Below, one piece after another: positions 1-9,918 of a stretch of DNA of 64,000 nucleotides. Below the pieces are notes generated by a model. The model made no database searches, was not told the origin of the DNA, and saw only the letters and a list, made by a program, of their open reading frames with translations. The stretch comes from an uncultured Chloroflexia bacterium. Lineage in GTDB: Bacteria > Chloroflexota > Anaerolineae > JAAYZQ01. Numbering within the stretch: position 1 is the stretch's first letter; the number at the start of each line of letters is the position of its first letter. The position numbers and the translations under genes were made by a program. The stretch covers positions 928,001 through 992,000 of the forward strand of contig CAVOXA010000014.1 in the NCBI GenBank assembly GCA_963700285.1. The letters are read 5' to 3'.

Positions 1-34
1 TCAGGCGCTTGGACTCGTTCGAGGAGGAACGGAC

Positions 35-1525
35 ATGAGGATCGCGGTAGCACAGATCATCCAGGAAACCCATAGTTTTAACCCAAATCCTACGGACCTG
101 GACCACTTTGAGCACGCTGGCGGCATCTACCACGGCTCGGATGTCCTGGAAAAGGCGGGCGATTCGGGCGAGATCGGCGGTTTTCTGGCGGCGGTAGAGC
201 AGGAGGCAGTCGAGGTAGATGTATTCCCAATCGTGTCAGCAAATGGACATGCCTACGGCATCGTGACCGCTGAGGCAGTCCAGTTCTTTGAGGAGACATT
301 GGTCTCGGGCCTGGCCAAGATCTTGCCGGTCGACGGCGTTTTCCTGTCCATGCACGGGGCAGCAGCGTCAGAACTGGTAGATGACGTGGAGGGCTACCTG
401 CTGGCTGCGGTGAGGCGGGTGGTTGGAGAGGATGTGCCGGTGGTCGTACCCCTGGATCACCACGCCAACATCACCGGACAGATCGTCGACATGGCGGACG
501 TGATTGTCGGCTATCAGGAGGAGCCCCACGATCCCTTCCCAACTGGCGAGCGAGCGGCCAGGATCCTCTTTCGCCTGATCCGCGGCGAAATCTCGCCCAC
601 AATGTACTGGTACAAGATCCCGATGATGTCCTGGGCGGATCGGTTCATGACCGGCGAGTGGCCCATGCAAGAGTGGTTTGGCCTTGCCCGGGAGATGGAG
701 GAGCATCCGGAAGTAATCTCTGTCTCTACCTTTCCTGTCCAACCCTGGCTCGATGTAGAGGAGGCCGGTTGGGCCGCCATCGTCTACACGGACAACAACC
801 CAAAGCTGGCCCGGGATCTGGCGGCACAGCTCGCAGACAAGGCTTGGGAGTTGCGGGATGCCTTCTGGGAACCCCGCAGGCTGCCGCCCGAGGAGGTCAT
901 CAAGCAAGCGATCGCGGCTGAGGCGGGCCCGATCATCATCTCTGACCCTGCCGATGCATCGGGCGCACCGGGAGACAGCAACTGCCTCTTGGCCGAGATG
1001 TTGCGCCAGGAGGTACCCTGCACCGCATTCGTACCCATCGTCGATGCCGCAGTCGTGAACCAAGCGATGAACGCCGGCGTAGGCAGCGAGATCACCGTTC
1101 AGTTGGGCGGAACACTGGATCCCGATAACCACGTCCCCGTGGAGGTCACGGCCCGCGTGGTGGCCGTGTCCGATGGGCCCAAAGTGAGGACCCACGACTA
1201 CCGTGGATACGCCAAGACACACCCAACCGCGCTCCTGCAAGTAGGCAACATCCATATCGTCGTATCCAAGGGCCTGGGCGGCATCAACCACGCCGATGTC
1301 TACCGCTATTTTGGCCTGGAACCCGCCGAGGCCAAGATGATAGTAGTCAAGATGATTGGTCATTTTGAATCATTTCGCCCAGTGATGAAGGAACTCATCT
1401 TTGCCGATTGTCCAGGGTGGTCCGGAGATCTACGGAAACAGACGTGGACGAGAATCCCTCGTCCGACCTACCCATTCGACGAGATGGCCGAATGGCAGGC
1501 GGGAGGCGAGTGCACGGCACGATGA
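35..1525 (+). CDS. MlrC-like M81 family metallopeptidase/amidohydrolase
   Basis: N-terminal RIAVAQIIQETHSFNP, MHGA, LDHHAN and PRPTYPFD motifs typical of the MlrC family; SD GAGGAGG at 21-27. Confidence 0.85.
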   Translation: MRIAVAQIIQETHSFNPNPTDLDHFEHAGGIYHGSDVLEKAGDSGEIGGFLAAVEQEAVEVDVFPIVSANGHAYGIVTAEAVQFFEETLVSGLAKILPVDGVFLSMHGAAASELVDDVEGYLLAAVRRVVGEDVPVVVPLDHHANITGQIVDMADVIVGYQEEPHDPFPTGERAARILFRLIRGEISPTMYWYKIPMMSWADRFMTGEWPMQEWFGLAREMEEHPEVISVSTFPVQPWLDVEEAGWAAIVYTDNNPKLARDLAAQLADKAWELRDAFWEPRRLPPEEVIKQAIAAEAGPIIISDPADASGAPGDSNCLLAEMLRQEVPCTAFVPIVDAAVVNQAMNAGVGSEITVQLGGTLDPDNHVPVEVTARVVAVSDGPKVRTHDYRGYAKTHPTALLQVGNIHIVVSKGLGGINHADVYRYFGLEPAEAKMIVVKMIGHFESFRPVMKELIFADCPGWSGDLRKQTWTRIPRPTYPFDEMAEWQAGGECTAR

Positions 1526-1835
1526 AAGCTGCCAGCTTTATGATGATCCAGGATCGCGCGGGCTTTGAGCTAGCCGGTGATAAGCACGATGCCCACCTGA
1601 ACACCGAGGCTGGGATCGGGGGCACCTTCAAATTGCGCAGCATGCCAGAGCGAATGGCTGCCCACGGCTCGATGCCATAACATGCGCTGATTCCTGGAGA
1701 AAGGAGGCGGTAAAGCAGATCCGAAAAGCGGATGATGAGGGGAAGGCTCTCCGGCGCAAGCTCTCATTGCAGGGTACTGCGCCTGCAATCCGGTAGGCAT
1801 GGCAACATGATAGTAAACCCAAAAGGAGGAACGAG

Positions 1836-3629
1836 ATGTCTTACGGCAAAAAGTGGATGAGTGTGTTCTCTCTGTTGATGGTCGTGGTGATGGTCCTCGC
1901 AGGCTGTGGGGCTACACCCGAACCCCAAGTTGTCAAAGAAGTGGTCACCCAGGTTGTTGTAGAGACGGTCAAGGAGACCGTCGTCGTCGAAGGCAAGTCC
2001 GAGGTCGTCGAAAAAGAAGTCACCAAGGTCGTTGAGGTGGAAAAGGTCGTTGAGAAGGTGGTCGAAGTTGTGGTCACACCCACCCCGGAACCAACCAAGG
2101 CCCCATCTACCGAGCCGGTCTATGGAGGTAAACTGACTGCGGCCCTTGGCTCGGTACCAGCCACTCTGGATACAATGTCTACCTCAAGCAGTGCAACCAG
2201 CGGCGTAACAAACATGGTCATGGAAACCCTGGTCGCCTTTGGCGAAGACTTTGATATCGTACCCATGCTGGCCGAGTCCTGGGAATTGTCTGATGAGGAC
2301 AAGACTTACACCTTCCACCTGCGCGAGGGAATCAAGTTCCACGACGGAAGCGACATGACCGCTGAGGACGTGGTCGCTTCCATCACTCGCTTCCTGGAGG
2401 TCACCGCCCGGGCATCCGTGTTTGAAGTGATGGAATCCTACGAAGCCATAGATGACTATACTGTGGTCACAAGGCTCAAGAACCCATCCGCCGGCTGGCT
2501 CGGTACTCTTGCTTCACCATCCTCGTCCCTGGTGATCCAGCCCAAGGAGGTCATCGAAGGCAAGGGAAGTGGTGAGTTGGCGGTTCCGGATGACATCGTG
2601 GGCACCGGCCCCTACCAGTTGGTAGAGTATGTACCCGATCAATATGCCGTACTGACACGCTTTGAGGACTATCAGTCGCTGCCCGGGGAGCGCGACGGCC
2701 TGGGCGGCGCCAAAATCGCCTACTTTGATGAGGTCCGCATCGAGTTCGTACCTGAAGCAGGCGCCCGCCTGGCTGGCCTCGAGGTCGGCGACTATGACTG
2801 GATATCTGGTCCTTCATCGAGTGACATTGGCGTGATCAACGCCAATCCCGACGTCGAGCTTGTCATCATCCACCCGGCAAATGGTGGCTACATCATATTC
2901 AACGCGTCGGAACAGATGCCGTTCTCCAGCGATGTCAAATTCCGCCAGGCCGTGTTGGCGGCACTGGATATGGAAGCCCTGGGCATGGCATTCACAGGTG
3001 GCCATCGTGATCTGTTTGACCTCAACTCTTCTCTTTGGCCGCCAGAGACTACTTGGTACATAGATGACGAGTTCGCCAACGAACAGTACAACCAGAAAGA
3101 CCCAGAAAAGGCCATGAAACTGCTGGAAGAGGCTGGCTACAATGGCGAGGAAATCGTCATCGCCACCTACAACGATGAAGCATGGACCAGGATGATGCTG
3201 ACGCTGGCCAGCCAACTGGGGGAGGCCGGCATAAAGACCAAAGTAGAGCTGTACGACTGGCCGGGTATCTTTGCCAAGTGGGCCGAGGAAACCGGCTGGC
3301 ACATCAGCTTCACACAGAACAACTCCTTCCAGCTCCTAGATCCAGCGGCTGCGGCCGTGATGTGGGCCTGTGGCAGCAGCCACCCGGTGAACGCCCACTA
3401 CTGCAACCCCGACATGGAAGAAGCCTTTGCGGTTCTGTCCGCCGCTACCAACCTCGAAGAGTACAAGGCCGCCCTCGAGCCCATCCAGAGGATCTTTTAC
3501 GAGGATCTGCCCAATATCAAGACAGGTGAGAATCACGTCTTGGAAGCCATCCGCAGCGAAATTGAAGGCTACAGGGGCTTTGGCCGAGGTGGCACATACA
3601 GGTTCTATGGGACTTGGCGCCAAGAATAA
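1836..3629 (+). CDS. ABC transporter substrate-binding lipoprotein, family 5 (Opp/Dpp-like)
   Basis: Lipobox LAGC, Val/Glu/Lys-rich tether, PMLAESW...YTFHLREGIKFHDG and GTGPY motifs; SD AAGGAGG. Confidence 0.93.
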   Translation: MSYGKKWMSVFSLLMVVVMVLAGCGATPEPQVVKEVVTQVVVETVKETVVVEGKSEVVEKEVTKVVEVEKVVEKVVEVVVTPTPEPTKAPSTEPVYGGKLTAALGSVPATLDTMSTSSSATSGVTNMVMETLVAFGEDFDIVPMLAESWELSDEDKTYTFHLREGIKFHDGSDMTAEDVVASITRFLEVTARASVFEVMESYEAIDDYTVVTRLKNPSAGWLGTLASPSSSLVIQPKEVIEGKGSGELAVPDDIVGTGPYQLVEYVPDQYAVLTRFEDYQSLPGERDGLGGAKIAYFDEVRIEFVPEAGARLAGLEVGDYDWISGPSSSDIGVINANPDVELVIIHPANGGYIIFNASEQMPFSSDVKFRQAVLAALDMEALGMAFTGGHRDLFDLNSSLWPPETTWYIDDEFANEQYNQKDPEKAMKLLEEAGYNGEEIVIATYNDEAWTRMMLTLASQLGEAGIKTKVELYDWPGIFAKWAEETGWHISFTQNNSFQLLDPAAAAVMWACGSSHPVNAHYCNPDMEEAFAVLSAATNLEEYKAALEPIQRIFYEDLPNIKTGENHVLEAIRSEIEGYRGFGRGGTYRFYGTWRQE

Positions 3630-3655
3630 TCACTAGCCTCAGCTAGGCGCCAGAA

Positions 3656-3691
3656 TCGAGTGGAGGGCAGCCCAGACTGCCCTCCACTCGA
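3656..3691 (+). terminator. Perfect 15-bp stem-loop after the binding-protein gene (mRNA-stabilising hairpin or partial terminator)
   Basis: TCGAGTGGAGGGCAG-cccaga-CTGCCCTCCACTCGA; no U-tract follows. Confidence 0.55.
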
Positions 3692-3733
3692 CCGGCGCGA
3701 GTTGCCTGGTAGGGCGCGACTGGCGATTCAAAG

Positions 3734-4906
3734 TTGGATGTATACCAAAGTGGACTCGGGCCTTTGACCAGTTACGAGAGAATACACACCGCTCTTCGCG
3801 GAAAGACGCCTGATCGTGTACCGGTCATAGCCCCCCTCGGCCTGGCTTTTCTTAGACGGCGACTGGGGCCGGGCCCGTTGTTTGAACGTTTTGTCGAGGA
3901 TCCCCTGGCGACCCTGGTGGGAGTCCAGGAAGAGTTGGGCTTGGATCCGGTGGTCTGGAGCTATTCTGAGTTTGAAGGGGAAGTCGTGGATTGGCCAGCA
4001 AGGCTCTTTCGCTGGCCAGAGCAAGCGCTGGCAGACTGGCAGACGGATGAGAAAACAGTAGACCGTGGGCCAGGCTATCGGGATATCCTACGCACCGTCA
4101 TCACTCCCAAGGGCAGGCTAACCTCTCGCTATCGCCGGCAGATGGATGCCAAGCTGATCTTGGAGTACCCCATCAAAGAGGAAAAGGATCTGGCTCTCGT
4201 GGAGTATCGCCCGGATCCGTCGCTGATGAGTGTGGAAAGCCTTTCTCAGATGGTGAGAACCGTGGGCCGCAGGGCTTTTTTCATGCATGTGGTCAGTGGA
4301 GTTTGGAATGAGGCCTGCAATCTGAGAGGCATGCAGCAGATCTGTTACGACGTCTACGATAGACCCCAGTGGGTCAAACGCTTCTTTGACATGATCAAGC
4401 GGCGCCAGGTAAGGCAGATTCATTGTCTGCACAAAGCTGCCATCCCGTGCGTAGTTGTCGACGAAACCTATGTCGGCATGGGCATCTCTCCGGCCATGTT
4501 CAGGGAGTTTGTCCTTCCATTCGACCAGGAGCTTGTCCGCGCCGCCCAGGAAAAGGGGCTCTTGGTCATCCTTCACAACTGTGGTAAAGCCCGGAGGCTG
4601 CTGGATCTGATGGTAGAAACCGGGGCGGACGCACTGGAAACACTGGCCCCACCCGCTTCCTCGGGCGATCTGGAGCTAGCCGAAGCGAAAGGACGTGTTG
4701 GTGATCGGCTCTGCTTGTGTGGCGGCTTTGACGAGCGGGTACTGGCTGATGGTGGAGTGGAGCAAGTTCGCGCGGAGGTGAGGCGCTGTATGGAGGCCGC
4801 TGCAAAAGGTGGGGGCTTTATCTTGCGCACTGCCGGCCAGGTACTCGATGCTCCTCCTGAAAACATGGAGGCCATGATCCAGGCAGCAGCGCTTTATGGC
4901 CAATGA
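3734..4906 (+). CDS. Uroporphyrinogen decarboxylase / MtaA-CmuA superfamily protein
   Basis: TSYERIHTALRGKTPDRVPV start, ISPAMFREFVLP, LHNCG, GGGFIL...PPEN C-terminus; TTG start is uncertain. Confidence 0.85.
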   Translation: MDVYQSGLGPLTSYERIHTALRGKTPDRVPVIAPLGLAFLRRRLGPGPLFERFVEDPLATLVGVQEELGLDPVVWSYSEFEGEVVDWPARLFRWPEQALADWQTDEKTVDRGPGYRDILRTVITPKGRLTSRYRRQMDAKLILEYPIKEEKDLALVEYRPDPSLMSVESLSQMVRTVGRRAFFMHVVSGVWNEACNLRGMQQICYDVYDRPQWVKRFFDMIKRRQVRQIHCLHKAAIPCVVVDETYVGMGISPAMFREFVLPFDQELVRAAQEKGLLVILHNCGKARRLLDLMVETGADALETLAPPASSGDLELAEAKGRVGDRLCLCGGFDERVLADGGVEQVRAEVRRCMEAAAKGGGFILRTAGQVLDAPPENMEAMIQAAALYGQ

Positions 4907-4940
4907 TTCATCCATTTCCTAAAAAGGACTTGTCACTATC

Positions 4941-5999
4941 ATGAATTCCAAACAACGGATCCTGACTGCTCTGGAAAACCAACAACCAGATCGAGTACCG
5001 ATTATGGATGTCATCGATTCCTCGATCATCCTTGCCATCGCCAATATTCTTGGCTTTGACACCGACAGGCAGGAGAATGATCCCCTGGCAACCGTGGACA
5101 GGTACTGTCTGTTTGTCAAAGAGTTGGGGTTGGACGCTACGATCAGTAGCTTCTCTACGGGCACAGAACGCATCAGTGACGACCTTGTCATAAACCGGCA
5201 TGGCATGGTCTTTCAGAAGAGCGAACATGGCGAATCGGTACTCGTGGAAGGACCCATTGGGCAGCCGTCGGATCTTCAAGGATTCGAAATGGTGGTACCC
5301 CGCCTGGATGACTTTGAAGAAGTGGCCTACACCATGGACAGGGTCGGGAACGATTGGGCCCATTTTGTCGGGCTGGGTGATCCTTTCAAGACCAGTTGGG
5401 AACTGAGGGGCGGTATGCAGCACCTCATGATGGACTATTGTCTGGACCCGGAATTGGTTCACGACCTGGCCCGAGTGGCGACGGATTTCTCTCTCGCCGT
5501 TATCGAGTTGGCGGCCCAGGTTGGGGTAGATGGCATCTTTATGGGGGGCGATCTTGCAGGCAATCAGACCACATTGATGTCTCCCAAGCACTATCAAGAG
5601 TACGTCAAGCCCTATCACAAGGAACTGGTGACCAGCGCCCATCAAAAAGGGCTCAAGTTCATCAAGCATACTGATGGCAATGTGTGGCCCATTCTGGACG
5701 ACTTTGTGGAGGTTGGTTTCGATGCTTTTCACCCCGTACAGCCCCAGTGCATGGACATTGTAGAGGTAAAGGGGCATCTCTCTGGCAAAATGTGTGTGAT
5801 CGGCAATATTGACTGTATGGATCTGCTTCCCTCTGGCACAGAAGAGCAGGTAGAAGAAGCGGTCAGGGAGACGATCGCTGGAGCAGCAGCGGGTGGGGGA
5901 TACATTCTCTGTTCATCAAACTCAATCCACCCTGGTGTGAGTCCCAGAAATTACATAGCAATGGTACGGGCAGGCCACAGGTACGGAGCGTATGAGTGA
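4941..5999 (+). CDS. Uroporphyrinogen decarboxylase superfamily protein
   Basis: MNSKQRILTALENQQPDRVP, MSPKHYQEYVKP, HTDGN, GNID, GGGYILCSSNSIH. Confidence 0.88.
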   Translation: MNSKQRILTALENQQPDRVPIMDVIDSSIILAIANILGFDTDRQENDPLATVDRYCLFVKELGLDATISSFSTGTERISDDLVINRHGMVFQKSEHGESVLVEGPIGQPSDLQGFEMVVPRLDDFEEVAYTMDRVGNDWAHFVGLGDPFKTSWELRGGMQHLMMDYCLDPELVHDLARVATDFSLAVIELAAQVGVDGIFMGGDLAGNQTTLMSPKHYQEYVKPYHKELVTSAHQKGLKFIKHTDGNVWPILDDFVEVGFDAFHPVQPQCMDIVEVKGHLSGKMCVIGNIDCMDLLPSGTEEQVEEAVRETIAGAAAGGGYILCSSNSIHPGVSPRNYIAMVRAGHRYGAYE

Positions 6000-6055
6000 C
6001 TCTCTCTATGAGGCCGCTCTGCAGTTTGGTCTTCACTGACTGAGGGGAATTTCTT

Positions 6056-7000
6056 ATGGGAAGGTATATCGCACGACGCATCTTGGCATTCATACCGATC
6101 TTTTTCGCTGTGGCCGTCCTGGCTTTTCTGATGATCGACCTGGTACCGGGAGACCCAGTTGTGCTGATGCTCGGCTTGGAGACCGACGGGGAATCCATCG
6201 CTGCAATGCGGACTGAACTAGGTTTGGACAAGCCACTGTATCACCGAATGGCCTTATGGTTTGGCAAGGCTCTAAGGGGAGATCTAGGTAGTTCGTATTT
6301 TCTTCACCAGCCCATGACTCAAGCCCTGCGTGAACGGTACCCTGTCACCCTCAGCCTTGCGATTTTTGCTGCGGTGATAGCCGTAGGAGCAGGTATACCG
6401 GCAGGGATCACGGCTGCAGTCAACCAAGGACGCCTTTCCGACTGGGTAGCGATGTTATTGGCCCTTGTGGTGCTTTCGATTCCCAGTTTCTGGCTGGCAC
6501 TCAACCTTATCCTTCTGTTTGGCGTCAAGCTGCGCTGGTTCCCTGTGGGTGGCTTTGTGCCACTCAGCGAAGATCCGGTTGAGTGGCTCAAGCACCTGTT
6601 TCTGCCCGGTGTCTCGTTGGGACTGGCCTACGCGGCGGCGATCGCACGCATCACACGTACCAGCATGCTGGAGGTCCTGCGTATGGACTATGTTCGCACT
6701 GCCCACGCCAAGGGCCTTCGCAAATGGGTGGTCATTGTGAAACATGCCTTCAAAAATGCCCTGATCCCCGTGCTCACCGTGGTTGGCCTCTCCTTCGGCG
6801 GGTTATTGGGAGGCAGTGCAGTTACCGAAACCGTCTACACACTGCCGGGTGTGGGTCGCTTGATTGTGGAAGCTGTCCAGCGCCGGGACTACCCCGTCAT
6901 TCAGGTGGGCATCCTGGCTCTGACAGCCACCTATCTGCTGATCAATCTGTTGGTGGATATTCTCTACGTATTCATCGATCCTCGCATCCGCTACGACTAG
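6056..7000 (+). CDS. Peptide/nickel ABC transporter permease (DppB/OppB-like)
   Basis: PGDP N-terminus, DYVRTAHAKGL EAA loop, RRDYPVIQ, DPRIRY end. Confidence 0.95.
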   Translation: MGRYIARRILAFIPIFFAVAVLAFLMIDLVPGDPVVLMLGLETDGESIAAMRTELGLDKPLYHRMALWFGKALRGDLGSSYFLHQPMTQALRERYPVTLSLAIFAAVIAVGAGIPAGITAAVNQGRLSDWVAMLLALVVLSIPSFWLALNLILLFGVKLRWFPVGGFVPLSEDPVEWLKHLFLPGVSLGLAYAAAIARITRTSMLEVLRMDYVRTAHAKGLRKWVVIVKHAFKNALIPVLTVVGLSFGGLLGGSAVTETVYTLPGVGRLIVEAVQRRDYPVIQVGILALTATYLLINLLVDILYVFIDPRIRYD

Positions 7001-7025
7001 GTGTGGAAAGGAAACTGCTTCAGCA

Positions 7026-7913
7026 ATGACAGTGACAGTGCGATCCCTTGAAACATCAGAGCAAATCCTGCCAAGACGCAGTCCAAGAGCCCAATCGTTG
7101 CGCCGCTTCTCTCGGAACGTGCCAGGTATGGTGGGACTGGTACTGGTCCTCATCATCCTTGTGCTGGCAGTGGGCGCACCCTTGTTCACCGACGCCGACC
7201 CAAAGGCCATTGACACAACAGTGATCCTGCAATCACCCAGTCTCGATCATTGGTTCGGCACTGACGACATTGGCCGAGATGTATTCAGCCGCGTATTGTA
7301 TGGCGCCCGCATATCGATACTCATTGGGCTGGCTGTGGCTGTCATTACCACCCTAACGGGGATGACCCTTGGTCTGCTGGCGGGCTTTTACCCGCGGCTG
7401 GACAACCCGATCATGCGGGCAATGGATGTATTGATGGCCTTTCCTACGATTCTGCTCGCCCTCGGCATCGTGGCGATCCTTGGCCCGCAGTTGATCAACA
7501 TCGTGATTGCCCTGGTCATTCCTTACACACCCACGACGGCTCGCCTCGTCAGAGGAGTTGTTCTCCAACTCAAGGGGTCAGAGTTCGTTGCGGCAGCAAA
7601 CGCGATAGGTGTAAAGAATCGCCAGATCATTACCCGCCATCTGGTACCGAACAGTATTTCGGTAGTCATTGTTCGCCAGACCTATGTCCTGGCCACTGCC
7701 ATCTTGGCTGAGGCCGCACTGACTTTTCTGGGCGTGGGTGTCCCCCCTGACGTGGCAACGTTAGGGGGAATCATGGCTTCTGCCCGGTCGCATATGCGGT
7801 ACGCGGCATGGTTGTCGCTGTACCCAGGTTTGGCCATCTCGGTTTTGGTGCTGGGCTTTAACCTTTTGGGTGATGGCCTGCGAGATGTACTGGATCCGCG
7901 CATGAAGATGTAG
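7026..7913 (+). CDS. Peptide/nickel ABC transporter permease (DppC/OppC-like)
   Basis: HWFGTDDIGRDVFSRVLYGARIS, EFVAAANAIG, FNLLGDGLRDVLDPR. Confidence 0.95.
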   Translation: MTVTVRSLETSEQILPRRSPRAQSLRRFSRNVPGMVGLVLVLIILVLAVGAPLFTDADPKAIDTTVILQSPSLDHWFGTDDIGRDVFSRVLYGARISILIGLAVAVITTLTGMTLGLLAGFYPRLDNPIMRAMDVLMAFPTILLALGIVAILGPQLINIVIALVIPYTPTTARLVRGVVLQLKGSEFVAAANAIGVKNRQIITRHLVPNSISVVIVRQTYVLATAILAEAALTFLGVGVPPDVATLGGIMASARSHMRYAAWLSLYPGLAISVLVLGFNLLGDGLRDVLDPRMKM

Positions 7914-7980
7914 GTGCTCCAACCCAGATAGATCTAAAGTTATGATAGAGGCAATTCTAAGCGAAATGGGAGGACATTCC

Positions 7981-9768
7981 GTGGTTGAAGCATTTGACGT
8001 TCTCATCAGGGATACTATGATAGTGGATGGAACCGGCAGCCCTGCTTTCAAGGGCAGCGTAGGAATCAGAGCAGGAAAAATCGTTGCCGTAGGCCAGATC
8101 ACCGGGGAGGCTGCTGAGGTGATAGATGGGTCAGGGCTTGTGACATGCCCAGGTTTTATCGATCCCCATTCTCACGCTGACCTGACCATTCTGTCCTATC
8201 CTCTGGCCGAGAACTTGATCATGCAGGGTATCACAACCTTTGTCGGCGGCAACTGTGGTTTCAGCTTGGCCCCGCTAAAGGACACCGCCCAATTTGAGAG
8301 GGCCATGAACACTTGGAAGCAGGACCTGGAACTGGATTGGGGGACCTTTGGCGAATGGTTGTCCAAGGTGGATGCCGTTGGTTTGTCGCCCAACTATGTG
8401 CCGCTGGTGGGTCACAATACAATCCGAGAGTGGGTAATGGGGGAGGATTTCAAGCGCGAGGCCACCCCGGACGAAGTCGAAGGGATGAAGGACCTTGTGG
8501 GCGCGGCCATGAGCAATGGTGCCTTTGGCCTGTCCGCCGGCCTGGATGCTTATTGGGCAGGTCATTTCGCCAATGTAGACCAAGAAATCGTCGAGTTGGC
8601 CAAGATCGTCCAGGCAGAAGGCGGCCTCTTTGCTCCTCATACGAGGCATCATCAGAACCAGTGGCCAGTTGACGAGCCCTCAGAATATGGCTATGGCCTT
8701 TTCCATGCGCCAACAGGCGAGATCATTGCCGGACGATACCATGGATTGTTGGAAGCTGTGGAGGTGGCGCACAAGGCCAATGGTGTCCAACTCCACATCG
8801 CCCATTTTACGCCGGTGTACATCATCCCCCAGCCACATCCAGACTATGTGGACAAAGCCATCGCCCAGGCCAGCTTGGAGGCAATCATCGACAAGGCCAG
8901 GGATGAGGGCCTGGATGTGACTTTTAATGCATTGGGCTGGTCCCAGAGCGTCGGGCAGGAAGTTCCGGTTATCAACGCTTTCTTTGCCGCGAATCTGCTC
9001 CTTCCGGACTGGTTCAGGGCTTTGAGCCGGGAGGAGTTTGTGGAGAACCTGGAGGATACGGCTTTCAGAGACCGGGTGAAAGAAATAGTTCTCTCCGGCA
9101 AGTTCAAATTCGGCATGCTCCATCCCCTGACCGATCCCTATTGGATGGACTGCTACAGGGTCTTGCAGAGCAACAACCCAGCCTTTGAAGGCAAGACAAT
9201 CGGGCAGATGGCCAGGGAGAGACGGCCTGACAGCATTATCAAAGCAGTGTACGATGAATCGTTCGAGGTCGTGTTTGACATATTGGTCCAAGATCCGACC
9301 ACAACTTGGGCGCTGATCATAGACAAGCGGGAAAGTGGCGTCCTGGCCACGTTCTTCCAGCATCCTGGCGGCTTGCCTTGTACCGATGTCACGGCCCTTC
9401 CTGCCATTCCCCCCAAGCAGGGAGCGCGCTTTGGCGGGGCAGCCCCCATCGCCTATGGCATGTTCCCTCACTATATCCGAACCATGGTGAAGGAAGAGGG
9501 CGTGCTGAGCCTGGAGGAAGCCATAAGGAAGGTGACCTCTCTACCGGCCCAGGAGATCCTGGGCTTGGAGGATAGAGGCGTCATCAAAGAAGGAGCGTGG
9601 GCTGACCTGGTGGTCATGGACATGGAGAGCATCAGAGAGGGAGATGATTTCCTGGAGCCCTACCAGCCGCCAGAGGGGATAGAGCAAGTGCTGGTGAATG
9701 GCACAATCGTCTACAAGGACATGGCTCATACAGGCCAGCGACCGGGCAAGGTGCTGCGGCGCAACTAG
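7981..9768 (+). CDS. N-acyl-D-amino-acid deacylase (D-aminoacylase) family amidohydrolase
   Basis: IVDGTGSP, PGFIDPHSHAD, GNCG, RGVIKEGAWADLVV; GTG start after SD GGGAGG. Confidence 0.88.
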   Translation: MVEAFDVLIRDTMIVDGTGSPAFKGSVGIRAGKIVAVGQITGEAAEVIDGSGLVTCPGFIDPHSHADLTILSYPLAENLIMQGITTFVGGNCGFSLAPLKDTAQFERAMNTWKQDLELDWGTFGEWLSKVDAVGLSPNYVPLVGHNTIREWVMGEDFKREATPDEVEGMKDLVGAAMSNGAFGLSAGLDAYWAGHFANVDQEIVELAKIVQAEGGLFAPHTRHHQNQWPVDEPSEYGYGLFHAPTGEIIAGRYHGLLEAVEVAHKANGVQLHIAHFTPVYIIPQPHPDYVDKAIAQASLEAIIDKARDEGLDVTFNALGWSQSVGQEVPVINAFFAANLLLPDWFRALSREEFVENLEDTAFRDRVKEIVLSGKFKFGMLHPLTDPYWMDCYRVLQSNNPAFEGKTIGQMARERRPDSIIKAVYDESFEVVFDILVQDPTTTWALIIDKRESGVLATFFQHPGGLPCTDVTALPAIPPKQGARFGGAAPIAYGMFPHYIRTMVKEEGVLSLEEAIRKVTSLPAQEILGLEDRGVIKEGAWADLVVMDMESIREGDDFLEPYQPPEGIEQVLVNGTIVYKDMAHTGQRPGKVLRRN

Positions 9769-9918
9769 GACAATGGGTAGCGGGCTCTTGCTGCGTGCTA
9801 TGGTGGCTTGGGCCTCAATCTCAAGCCGGTGGCACAAGCCGAATGGCCAGAAACCAGTACCGGCACAGATTGACCAGTTCGACAATACAATACAATCGGC
9901 AGTTGTTGGAGGAGAATC

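Noticed and set aside
1920-2100. Repetitive GTC/GTT/GAA/AAG-rich DNA
   Set aside because: It encodes the VEKVV low-complexity tether of the lipoprotein and is not a CRISPR array or satellite.
9870-9896. TTGACC...TACAAT promoter-like pair
   Set aside because: The spacer is only 15 bp and the site lies within an ACAAT microrepeat, so support is insufficient.
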